A stretch of DNA of 64,000 nucleotides. It comes from Roseibacillus sp. GTDB taxonomy: Bacteria; Verrucomicrobiota; Verrucomicrobiia; Verrucomicrobiales; Akkermansiaceae. The notes beneath the pieces were generated by a model that was given only the letters and a program-made list of their open reading frames with translations, was not told the DNA's origin and ran no database searches. Numbering within the stretch: position 1 is the stretch's first letter; each line of letters begins with the position of its first letter. A program made the position numbers and the translations under genes. Shown here piece by piece: positions 21,101-29,100 of the stretch. The DNA lies in assembly GCA_051251855.1 (NCBI GenBank), contig JBPOGI010000006.1:224001-288000 (forward strand). Direction: 5' to 3'.

Positions 21101-21255
21101 AGGAATTTTTCAGATAGAAGCTTCCCCAGTTGGTTGGCCAAAGGGGGAGGGGTTCCTTCCGAGTCTTTGGCAGCAAGAGAAGCACCTGCGCCTAGAAACA
21201 AAACCACATTACCCTGTTTTACGAATTCGACTAGATTTGGGTGGTTTTCAAGCAT
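18136..21255 (-). CDS. SIR2-like NADase + STAND NTPase + TPR-like repeats + C-terminal OB/cold-shock-like domain; putative anti-phage protein
   Basis: SIR2-like motifs LFLGAGAS, TTNYD, YLKLHG and FVGYGGSD; Walker A GYAGAGKT; Walker B YVFIDD; long helical repeat region; visibly AT-richer than its flanks. Confidence 0.82.
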   Translation of the reverse strand: MLENHPNLVEFVKQGNVVLFLGAGASLAAKDSEGTPPPLANQLGKLLSEKFLNNQMSGGSLAEIAECAISDTSTATVQNFVKDSFKDFKPGRAHKLLPKFSWAGLATTNYDLIVEKSYSADDTSPQNLRPIVYDDHLERIVEDENDLPYLKLHGCFDNMGPKSVKLVLSLDQYLDVEEGRKSLFDTFEEWAKRYTFIFVGYGGSDLDIRRFITRVGDDIEDRMRFYFVRPGWTEVENKMWENRKVSTIDADFDGFMEALDSLISDDFRGFRADVKMPPTLRSHFTSPKMSLSKNASLFLQNDAVFVDSIEPKDGDITSEQFFNGNSNGWSFILQKWDVVREISEDIIIEVFLEEKQNTPKECELILLRGYAGAGKTIALKRLSWELTHEHEGFALYIERPSDLNSAAIAELAELTKQRIYVFIDDVGSESSNLKKCVSSLGASAKMVTFVGGVRTNDWSRFKSRFNFIAVREFEMGDLSQKEILSLVQRLTETGCLGELEGLTQAECAEKFRVSAKRNLLVALYEVTKGKPFEEIIQDEYDSLSTNEARAVYLTICLLNRLAVPVRAMLISRIHSIPYSDFKKRLFSPLEGVVGNEYNNLARDYVYFARHPYIAEIVFLRILTDQNDRFEEYFKVIQKLNMAYQSDETALKELTRGRVLNELFSDTTYVEKIFALAEDKSQRNPNIFHQRAVFEMRRKGGDLELSQHHIDIALKASPGNSFFKHTAAELLLRRAEVSDSPSVKERLLRRAERACKQLAKTSKTSHVKHTLAKIGIARAQAVLEQNPDSISPVVVRELIKPAQIDVETFLQTHPDDSYLLDAKAKLAKLIGDSGSVLSSLEAAFESNPSIPYIALQLHSCYLAKNEKEKAEDVLLRCLEEKRNDRHVNGVYGKFLMDSAGNPEKALAHLKRAFVPGDSNFDAQMRYGRECFRARRYADCEEHFSTVRITKFPPRLGTEVLYPLNTWNLGQVVEVHARFAVIRDKESDMLIRSYRTKGSEDLFSKIVSSSAVKYRVGVSMHGLRAIDLTESNAFQEQELLY

Positions 21256-21583
21256 TGTACTGGAATTTTTTGGCGGCGAAATTGAGAAAGGCTCTATTTC
21301 TATAGGTAGTTCGTTGAATATTTATAGATCGCGATTTTGTGTAGTCGGGGGTTCAGAGTCAATTGTAGAAACAAGCTGAAATTGAAACGGTTTTATTTGT
21401 CTGTCTTTTGTCTTTTCTCGTGGGGCCCTGACGATTTCGGGGTACCTGGGCTGAAGATCGACGGTTCGTTTGGGGGGACGGTGCGTGGCTCGCTTTGGGG
21501 TGTGTGAGACCTCTGGCCGGGCTACGTAAATCCCATCTAAATAGAAATAAAATAAGATGCCAGGTATCCAGTAGAAAACTGCT

Positions 21584-21660
21584 GTAAATCTTGGGGTTTT
21601 CGATTTTAGCGTTTTGACCTTCAGTTCTTTATGCTGATGGTGGTTTTGCGGTGACGTGAT
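21584..21660 (+). repeat. 77-bp exact duplication, copy 2
   Basis: Identical to 13619-13695. Preceded by AATAAGATGCCAGGTATCCAGTAGAA (21551-21576), which recurs with one mismatch at 25925-25950. Confidence 0.92.
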
Positions 21661-21769
21661 TCAATAATTTGTCTGTCCAACTACAACGATAATTCGTCTA
21701 ACCAACTACGACGACGAAATACGACTACGTCCAACTTTCAGCACTCTTGAACGTAGTCAGTAGCAGGGA

Positions 21770-22156
21770 TTAAGCGATACAAAGATAGCCGCCTCCTTTG
21801 GCTGCGATCATCGACGAATAATGTGTGGACAAATAGCCGCCTCCTTTGGCCGCGATCAGCGACGAATGTGTGGACATATAGCCGCCCCCTTTGGCCGCGA
21901 TCAACGACGAATGTATGGACAGAAAGCAGTCTTCCTTGAGCGCGTTCAGCGTCATATGGGCGATTGAGAAACCACCTCCCTTGGCCGCGACTAGCGACGG
22001 TTGGGCGAACAAATAGCCGCGGCTATCGTGGGCCGATTCCCCCCTTTGCTCGCAAGCTTTGGAGCGAAACGTCGCTTCGGCTATAGGGCTTGAGTCTGAC
22101 GTGTTGAATGCCAGAAGCTCAATGGATAGAAAGAAGGCAATGATGATGTTTTTCAT
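21770..22156 (-). CDS. Small secreted protein with 15-aa tandem repeats ending AAKGG
   Basis: ATG and signal-like MKNIIIAFFLSIELLA; in-frame 45/48-bp tandem repeats at 21785-22018; starts 21 bp after the upstream stop. Confidence 0.65.
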   Translation of the reverse strand: MKNIIIAFFLSIELLAFNTSDSSPIAEATFRSKACEQRGESAHDSRGYLFAQPSLVAAKGGGFSIAHMTLNALKEDCFLSIHSSLIAAKGGGYMSTHSSLIAAKGGGYLSTHYSSMIAAKGGGYLCIA

Positions 22157-22177
22157 TTTAGATAGCTGGTAAGTTGA

Positions 22178-23230
22178 TTATTTAGAGGAGGTGAGATTGG
22201 CGTAGGTCAGTGCCAACATGAAGGGCTGAGCATTAGGATTGTCAGGCTGATCGTAGGCTTTTGCTTTTTTTGCGAACTCGCGTTGGAGGCGGGGAAGATC
22301 CTTTTTGAAATCCATGATTGCGTCATCGTCGAGCTGTCCAACGAGATACTGAAAGCGGGAGCCTTCGAGGCTCAAATCATAAACGACTTCATACATGCTC
22401 GATGCAGCCTCTCCCAGTGCAAGTCGAAGCAATGGGCAAGCGGTCATCAATAATCCAGCGTTCCAACCAGACTTCCCGGAAGTTGTCCGAGTGGGAGAAA
22501 TTGCTTGTTGCTCTCGTTTAGCGAGCTCTTTGAAGGCGGGGTTTCCGCCCGAACTAGGATGAAAATCCTTAAACAGCTGCTCGGCGTCTTCCTTAGTAAG
22601 ATGAAGCGTCCAAGATTCTCGAAGCTTTGGATCCTGGTGCTTGAGGATTTCCATACAGTAAGGCTGAGCTTCGAGCTTAAGATCGAGTTCGCCAACGGTT
22701 AGCGGCGGGGAGTAAATGTGACTGACGAGCTTGTAAATGCGCCGTCCAAGATCTAGACCATCCCGTTTGAGCATCCCGCCCTGCTCAAGCTGGTCGAGAA
22801 GACCGCGCATATTTATCTGGTTGACGGCGGGTCTCATCCCCTCCGGTAGTTCATGCTCCTTGATAGTTGAATTGAGAGGAAGAGCGGCAAGCTTTTGAAT
22901 CATTCTGTCGAGAGTAAACCACTGTGTTACCATTTCATCCTGGTCAAACTCGACCTCAAGCCGATCAAAGTCAATTTGGTTAAGGTTCTTGAAGGTTACG
23001 CCTTGCAGAGACGCCGCATAGCCGGTAGTACGACCCGTATTCTCGCTATTTTTGCTGCGCAAGGCTCGGAGGAGTTGTTGCAGTATGTCATTGGGGACAC
23101 CGAGATCGTTTGCGCTAGCCGCCAAACGATAGGCGTCTCGCACAAAATTCCCAAACTTGTTGTTTTTTAGTAATAAGCGGTGAATTATACCGTTACGTCT
23201 GGCGATCTTTTCTCCTTTGGTGGCAGGCAT
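22178..23230 (-). CDS. Hypothetical protein, possible winged-helix transcriptional regulator
   Basis: 350-aa ORF. wHTH-like segment RGLLDQLEQGGMLKRDG..IYKLV; two segments resembling the DUF4423-like C-terminal module (WTLHLTKEDAEQLF; YLVGQLDDDAIMDFKKDL..FMLAL). Function inferred by eye only. Confidence 0.5.
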   Translation of the reverse strand: MPATKGEKIARRNGIIHRLLLKNNKFGNFVRDAYRLAASANDLGVPNDILQQLLRALRSKNSENTGRTTGYAASLQGVTFKNLNQIDFDRLEVEFDQDEMVTQWFTLDRMIQKLAALPLNSTIKEHELPEGMRPAVNQINMRGLLDQLEQGGMLKRDGLDLGRRIYKLVSHIYSPPLTVGELDLKLEAQPYCMEILKHQDPKLRESWTLHLTKEDAEQLFKDFHPSSGGNPAFKELAKREQQAISPTRTTSGKSGWNAGLLMTACPLLRLALGEAASSMYEVVYDLSLEGSRFQYLVGQLDDDAIMDFKKDLPRLQREFAKKAKAYDQPDNPNAQPFMLALTYANLTSSK

Positions 23231-23300
23231 ATGATTTCAGAAGTGTTAAGGTTCTTCATTTGCGAAGAAGGCTACAATCTAGCTCGAGAGAGAATTTTGA

Positions 23301-23320
23301 CAGGGAAAATTTTTTTCCTG
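23301..23320. promoter_or_regulatory. Near-palindromic candidate operator CAGGGAAAATTTTTTTCCTG
   Basis: About 70 bp upstream of the 350-aa gene; similar palindrome at 25523-25541. Confidence 0.4.
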
Positions 23321-23348
23321 CCGCAATCTTCATTAGGAGAAGGCTCTT

Positions 23349-24248
23349 TTAGCGAGGACCTCGATTCAATGAAGACCTAGGCTTCCATTGGAATGTAATG
23401 CCTAGACCCGCAAAGATGACCAAGGCGATGCCTCCGATTTGGGACGGAGCCAACCTTTCTCCGTAAATTAGCCAATCGAAGCCGAGAGCGGCAATCGGAT
23501 AGACATAGGCCAACACCGCAAACAAGGGCATTGGGGTTCGCTGAACCGCGAAATAGAGCAATGAATAGAGTAATCCGGTGTGGACGACGCCCAGGATGAT
23601 AAGGCTTGCCCACTGCTCCGCACTTGAAGGCAAAGCGCTAAAATCTAAGAAAGGAAGGAGAAGCCCCGCGCCCAGAGCGGTCTGAATTAGGGCAAGAAGG
23701 GGCGCTGGAATTGTTTTGATGACCCGTGTAGCGAGCGTAGTGACGGCGTAGAGAATAGCTGCGGCGATCGCCAAAATAATTCCAAAAGAGGTATTCGGTT
23801 GGGAGGAACCCAAATTTTCCAGATCTAACGTTAGGGTGAGTCCAGCGAACGCTCCAAGAATCCAGAACAGATGGTGTGCCGCGAGGCTTTCACGCAGAAC
23901 CAGTGCGCCTAGCAAGAGTAAGATCAAGGGTTGCGTGTGATAGGCAATGGTGGCCATACCGATAGGAATGTAGCGAAAGGCTTGGAAGAGCAAAACCCAG
24001 TTGATGACGAGCGCAAGACTGGACAACGAGGCCAGCGTGAGTTGCCTACGGTTGATCAGGGTTTTATCGGGCAGAGCCACTCGCGTGTATACGCCAGCCA
24101 AGGCGATAGCTCCGAAGAAGCAACGAAAGAAGGCTACGTTCAGAGAGCTTTGGCCGGATGTTTTGACGAAAAATCCAATGGAGCCAGCCAAGGTCATCGC
24201 GACGAGCATAGCCGCCGGTCCTCTCCAACTAGAAGGGTTAGAATTCAT
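23349..24248 (-). CDS. DMT/EamA family transporter
   Basis: About 10 hydrophobic helices in two repeats; AFFRCFFG, NWVLLFQAF, LGVVHTG and LAYVYP motifs. Confidence 0.9.
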   Translation of the reverse strand: MNSNPSSWRGPAAMLVAMTLAGSIGFFVKTSGQSSLNVAFFRCFFGAIALAGVYTRVALPDKTLINRRQLTLASLSSLALVINWVLLFQAFRYIPIGMATIAYHTQPLILLLLGALVLRESLAAHHLFWILGAFAGLTLTLDLENLGSSQPNTSFGIILAIAAAILYAVTTLATRVIKTIPAPLLALIQTALGAGLLLPFLDFSALPSSAEQWASLIILGVVHTGLLYSLLYFAVQRTPMPLFAVLAYVYPIAALGFDWLIYGERLAPSQIGGIALVIFAGLGITFQWKPRSSLNRGPR

Positions 24249-24267
24249 GTTCGAAAGATGATTAGAA

Positions 24268-25461
24268 TTACATTGAGAGGACGACTTCTTCCTGTTCGCT
24301 GTAGGTTAAGGGTGAACCAAGATTGGCTGTTCTAGGTAGTTCGCTTAGGCGCCGGAAGGTTTCCTGAATGGGAGCCTTAATCCCCCAGTATTCTGTGTAT
24401 TCAGGCAATCGCCCAGCATCGCTAAGGACGGCATCACGACGGGCATAGGCAGCAGTAGCCCACTGAGGAGTCTTTGGGTGCCAATGATGGAAATCATGAC
24501 TGGGAAGGTCACCGGGGATAATGGCGATGCGGTAGGGGAGATCGACCAACAAAATTCGGGCCAGCCAGCAGTTCCAGGCGATGACTGCTTTAAAGCCATT
24601 AAGGCCGGAATCCGGTGCGCAAACCCCTACGAAACGACCGCTGGTGACACTGGCCATCACCTCTTTTGAGGAGCTTTCACCCTCGCCCAAGCGCACCCAT
24701 TGATGCAGCCCAAGCAAACCAACCCAAGCAGACATTTGACTGAGGATTCCGACGGGCAGAACGTAAGCAAGCACTAGAGCAGTCCATTGATTTGTCACAG
24801 CCGTAAGGATGAGAAGAGTGCTGACCCAGGCGATGGCAGCTAAACGTCGGGGTCTGCTCGACCGAACGAAGTTTGCGCGCAAGCGAGCTCGCAAGAAAAG
24901 TGCGTGAAACCTCGGTGAGAGCAGTGAAAGCCAGAACCGTCGCCAATATTCTGGGATGCTCAAGCCGGGTTCGAGGCCACAAACCTGGACCATAAACGCA
25001 AGGTCGGGATCATCTGTTGTAGCCACCTTTGCGTGGTGGTGCATGTGACCCTTGCGATACTCAGCCAGCGGATGAGTCAAGGTAAGGACGCTGACAAGTT
25101 CGCCGAAAAAATCATTGATTCGGGAATTCTGGAAGAGCATCCCATGCGAAGCGTGGTGAACCACGCCGGTTTGGAACACTCGGACGCTGCGAATAGTGAA
25201 AAGCCAAGCTAATAACAATAGCGTCCAGAAACCTTTGGGGAGCTGAAGGAGCAATAGGGCTGCTGCGAGAGAAATAACGAATGCTGCGATCTCCACGACT
25301 ACCCGCATAGGGGGCGTCCATTTGATCAGAGGAAGCTCACCGGGCAAGGCTTTGCCCGTGAGCGCGGTCAACATCGGCTGTGTCCATTGAGGGAGCTGTG
25401 CCATAGATGCACGGCGGTCAATGGTCGAAGGGGCGTTTTTGGGAAGATGTGGTTCTTTCAC
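24268..25461 (-). CDS. Fatty-acid-desaturase-family membrane diiron enzyme
   Basis: Three His boxes (HHASH, HMHHH, HDFHH) with transmembrane helices between them. Confidence 0.85.
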   Translation of the reverse strand: MKEPHLPKNAPSTIDRRASMAQLPQWTQPMLTALTGKALPGELPLIKWTPPMRVVVEIAAFVISLAAALLLLQLPKGFWTLLLLAWLFTIRSVRVFQTGVVHHASHGMLFQNSRINDFFGELVSVLTLTHPLAEYRKGHMHHHAKVATTDDPDLAFMVQVCGLEPGLSIPEYWRRFWLSLLSPRFHALFLRARLRANFVRSSRPRRLAAIAWVSTLLILTAVTNQWTALVLAYVLPVGILSQMSAWVGLLGLHQWVRLGEGESSSKEVMASVTSGRFVGVCAPDSGLNGFKAVIAWNCWLARILLVDLPYRIAIIPGDLPSHDFHHWHPKTPQWATAAYARRDAVLSDAGRLPEYTEYWGIKAPIQETFRRLSELPRTANLGSPLTYSEQEEVVLSM

Positions 25462-25522
25462 ACGGCGAGATTCGCCGCGCTCGAATTTAGTTTCTGGATA
25501 GTGTCTTTGGTGGAAAAAACGA

Positions 25523-25541
25523 GGGAGAAAATTTTTTTCCC
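25523..25541. promoter_or_regulatory. Near-palindromic candidate operator GGGAGAAAATTTTTTTCCC
   Basis: About 60 bp upstream of the desaturase start; resembles 23301-23320. Confidence 0.4.
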
Positions 25542-25924
25542 AAGCTAACTAGAACGGAAATTGTTCGCAGCCGAAAATCTTCTGCTCTTCATAGTTTCAA
25601 CCTTTGATTACCCGATCGATAACTTATCTGACCAATTTCTAGTAGATCCCTTTTCTTCACTTCAGCTTCTTATCCTAAATGAGCAAGAGGAGCCAAATTG
25701 AGTGCTTTTTTCGTGTTCACGCGAATTCCCTTTAAGCCAAGTTGAACGGCTGAGCGGGCTTTGCGGCGGAGGAGCCATTCTAGGGTGAGGAGGGTGAGCC
25801 AGACATACCAGCGGTCCCAAAGGGGTTAGGTGAAGCGGGTTTCGGATTGGGTGGTGGTGGCGATGATTTTTCGAGGGCGAGGAGGGATTATTTGGGTGTG
25901 TTGACTTGTTGGACTCCGCTTGAG

Positions 25925-26020
25925 AATAAGATGCCAGGCATCCAGTAGAATACCGGCGCAGATTTTGAATCCCTTGGATGAGTTTCCACTCATTTTCAGT
26001 CGGTTATGCTGATGTTGATG
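25925..26020 (+). repeat. Degenerate copy of the 21551-21655 segment, containing palindrome GATGCCAGGCATC
   Basis: 25/26 identity over the first 26 bp, with later similarity TTCAGT..TTATGCTGATG.TG.T.TTGCG.TG.C. Confidence 0.6.
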
Positions 26021-26114
26021 TTGCGATGGCCCTGGTGCGATTGGAGCGGATTGAGCTTTTGGAATGCCTCACTTCGGAATGAGGAGGATGGGCGAGGCTC
26101 TGCCCGAGGTATTT

Positions 26115-29100
26115 TTACTTCAAGGTTCTCAGGTAGGCGAAGAGGTCGGCGACTTGTTGGTCGTTCATGCCGAGGAGGAGGCCTTCGGGCATGAGGGAGC
26201 GTTTGGAGATGGAGTGGGTCTCGATGTCGGACTTGGCGATGATGCGGTCGTCGGCTCCGATTTGGCGGATGGTGATTTTCTGGTCGTCTTCTTCGGCCAT
26301 GAAGCCGCTCACAAAGCTACCGTCGCGGAGCTTCAGGTCATGACGATAGTAACTGGTTTCGAGGGAGGCGTTCGGATCGAGAATGTTGCGAAGGAGGGAG
26401 GTGTCGCCCATCACTCCAGCACCACTGAGGTCGGGTCCGATTTTGCCACCGATGTTGTTGACCATGTGGCAGGCGGCGCAAGCTCCTTGATACATTGTCT
26501 TGCCGTTGGCGACGTCGCCAGAGGCTTGGATGATGGCTTGGTATTTCTGGAAGGTTTGTGCGATTTGGGCAGCTTCGGCGATGGTGATGAGAGTGGGAGC
26601 GGAGCTCGAGGGAGTGAGGCGTGCTTTGCCGGCGAGGGCGAGGTCGGGGAGGTCTCCGGCGAGGCGAGCGAGAAGACCTTTGGGTGGGTGAGTGTCGGCG
26701 TGGCTGACTTTCATGCCGCCGTGAATCGCGGCTTCGTCGAGGGCCTCGTTCCAGAGGCGGACTTCCATCACTTCGAGAGCGGAGGGGCCGATGAGGAGTT
26801 TGGTGAGGTCGCCGTTGAGGGGCTTTTTGGCCGTGGAGCCGAGGACGCCGTCGAGATAGAGACGGGCGATGCCTTTTTGGTCGCGGGTGAGGGCGTAGTG
26901 GGTCCATTGGCCGGGGGTGGTGGCGGTTTTGGCGACAACGAGATTCTGGGCGCGGCGGCCTTTTCCAGAAAGAGCAAGGCGACCTTTGTTGAAAGCGAGT
27001 TGGGCGTTGGGTCCGGTGAGGAATTTGATGCTGGAGTTCATTTTGCCGTTGAGGCGAATCCAGCCTTCGATGGTGAAGGGGCCTTTGAGGGTGAGGTTTG
27101 GTAAACTGACGTGACCTCCGTTGAGGCGGATAACCATGGGGACGCTATCACCGAGTTTGGCGAGAAGCTCTTTGGCGGTGGGGTGTTCGCCGAGAGCGAT
27201 GATGAGCTTTTCAATGGAGCCGCTGTCGATGCCTGCGAAGTTTCCTGAGAGAACGGATTTGCCAAAGGCGACTGCTTTCTCAGTAGAATTGATGAGGCCG
27301 TCGATAGCGGATTGTTTGCCGGTGGCGCTGAGTTGGGTCCAGCGACTTGCTAGAGAGGGGATGGTTTCGGTTCCGGCAGCGGTGGACCAAGCGATGAGGG
27401 CTTCTTGCTGCACGGATTGGTCGGGATGTTTGCTGAGTTTTTCGCAGAGTGAAGCGTCCACGGGGCCGAGTTCACGTAGGCAACGGAGTCCGGCGGTGAT
27501 GGTTTCGACTTTGTCGCTGGCGAGGAGCCAACTGGCGATGTCGGCTTGGAGAGGTTGCAGGCGGTGACGTTGCGCGGCCTGCATCACGATGTTCTCGGTG
27601 GTGGCGTTATGGTCTCGCGCGATGAGTTGTCGTGAGGCTGCGACGAGGAGTTCTGAGAGAACTGGGTTGTTGGAGTCGGGCTCCGCTTGGGAGAGCGCGG
27701 CGAGCATGCTCTGCTGGCGGGTGGGATCGTTGAGGAGTTTTTCGAAGCCGGCGCGAACTTTGGGTTGCTTGAGTTGGCTGGTGATGAGGGAAAGCTCGAT
27801 GGCGGTGAGAGGGCGTTCCAGTTGGGGAATCATGGGGAGGAAGGCGAGGGCTGCTTGAGCAGGGTTAAGGGCCTGCATGGCGAGGAGACGGTTCTCGGTG
27901 GGGAGATCGGGGGCGTCGGCCAGCATTTGGGAAGTGGCCTCGGGATTGTTTTCCATGGCCCAGCGGGCGAGGAAGCGTTCGAACTCGCGCTCGTACTGGG
28001 TGAGGCGGTCGGCTTTGGGAAGGGCGGCTTTGCCGAGAAGGGCGGCGGCTTGCATCGCACCGGCATCGGTTTGGGGGCGGCTCACGAGGGCTTCGCCGAG
28101 AGCGCTGCGAACGCGGACCTCGGAGTCGTTGGCGGCGGTTTGAGCGAGCTTGGCAAAGGTGGCGGAGTCCGCGTTTCGTCCCGCGAGGCGGATGACTTCG
28201 GCGCGAAGGTTGGGTTCGCGGTCGGTGGCCAAGGTGGTGAGTAGTTCGGCGTCGATTCCATGCAATCCTTCGATGGCCCAAAGGGCGGCGAGGCGGAGGT
28301 CGAGGGTTTCGGAGGATGCCTGAGAAAGGGTCTTAAGAGAGGGCAAAAGGTCGGTGGCTTGACGGTCGATGATTTCGAGCCAGCTCAGGCGTTGAACCAG
28401 GGCGCTGTTGTGACGGAGGAAATCTAACAGTTCATTATTGCTGGCCTTGGCAAGATTGGGTGGATTGGTGTGGGGTTGGCTCTTGTGACGGATGCGCCAG
28501 ATGCGGCCGCGGGTTTTGTCGCGCTCGGGGTGATTCTGGGGCACTTCGCCGTGGGAGATGATTTTGTTATACCAGTCGACGATATAGAGCGCGCCATCGG
28601 GACCGAATTTGATAGCGACGGGGCGGAACCATTTGTCGCCGGAGACGAGCAAGTCGCCGTCTTTTCTCCACTCATAGCGATTATTGCCGAGGGGTTTGCC
28701 GGTGACGATCTGGATGCTGCTGGTGAGGGGGTTGGCGAGGTAGAAGGTTTTGACTCCGTTTTTGGCGAAGGGACTGCCGCGATCCTCGGCCAAGACCATA
28801 CCGCTGAGGCCGGTGCCGCCCATGATGGCTTTGTCAAAGATGGGGGGAAGGATGGGTTGGTAGGGTTTCAGTTTGGCGGTGCCACCAGTGTCGAGATAGA
28901 CGCCGAAGTCGTATTTGGCCACGGGATAGCCTTTGTCGTTCGCTTCCTGGATGAACCATTCGCCATCGCGACCGGCGACCATGCCCCAGACGTTGTTAGG
29001 GCCGGTGGTGGTGACTTGAAAGTCACTGCCGTCGAGCTGCATGCGCGCGACGCGACAGCGGTCCATCTTGATTGTTTTTTGACCGTTGATGAAAGTGCTG

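Noticed and set aside
13593..21687. 25-bp motif as CRISPR repeats or integron attC sites
   Set aside because: Spacing is irregular (tens of bp to kb) and there are no cas genes. The motif contains GTTGGAC (a GTTRRRY match), but I found no paired inverse core forming an attC hairpin and no intI in the window.
21785..22018. 45-48-bp repeats as a mini-CRISPR
   Set aside because: Units are contiguous, lack unique spacers and keep a protein reading frame.
25545..26110. Possible gene remnant or ncRNA between the desaturase and the CxxCH gene
   Set aside because: No convincing ORF or recognisable RNA structure beyond the degenerate repeat already listed.
12248..27104. Long antisense ORFs (12248-13243, 16248-17342, 26064-27104 and similar)
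   Set aside because: They are shadows opposite well-supported genes in GC-rich DNA and carry no motifs.
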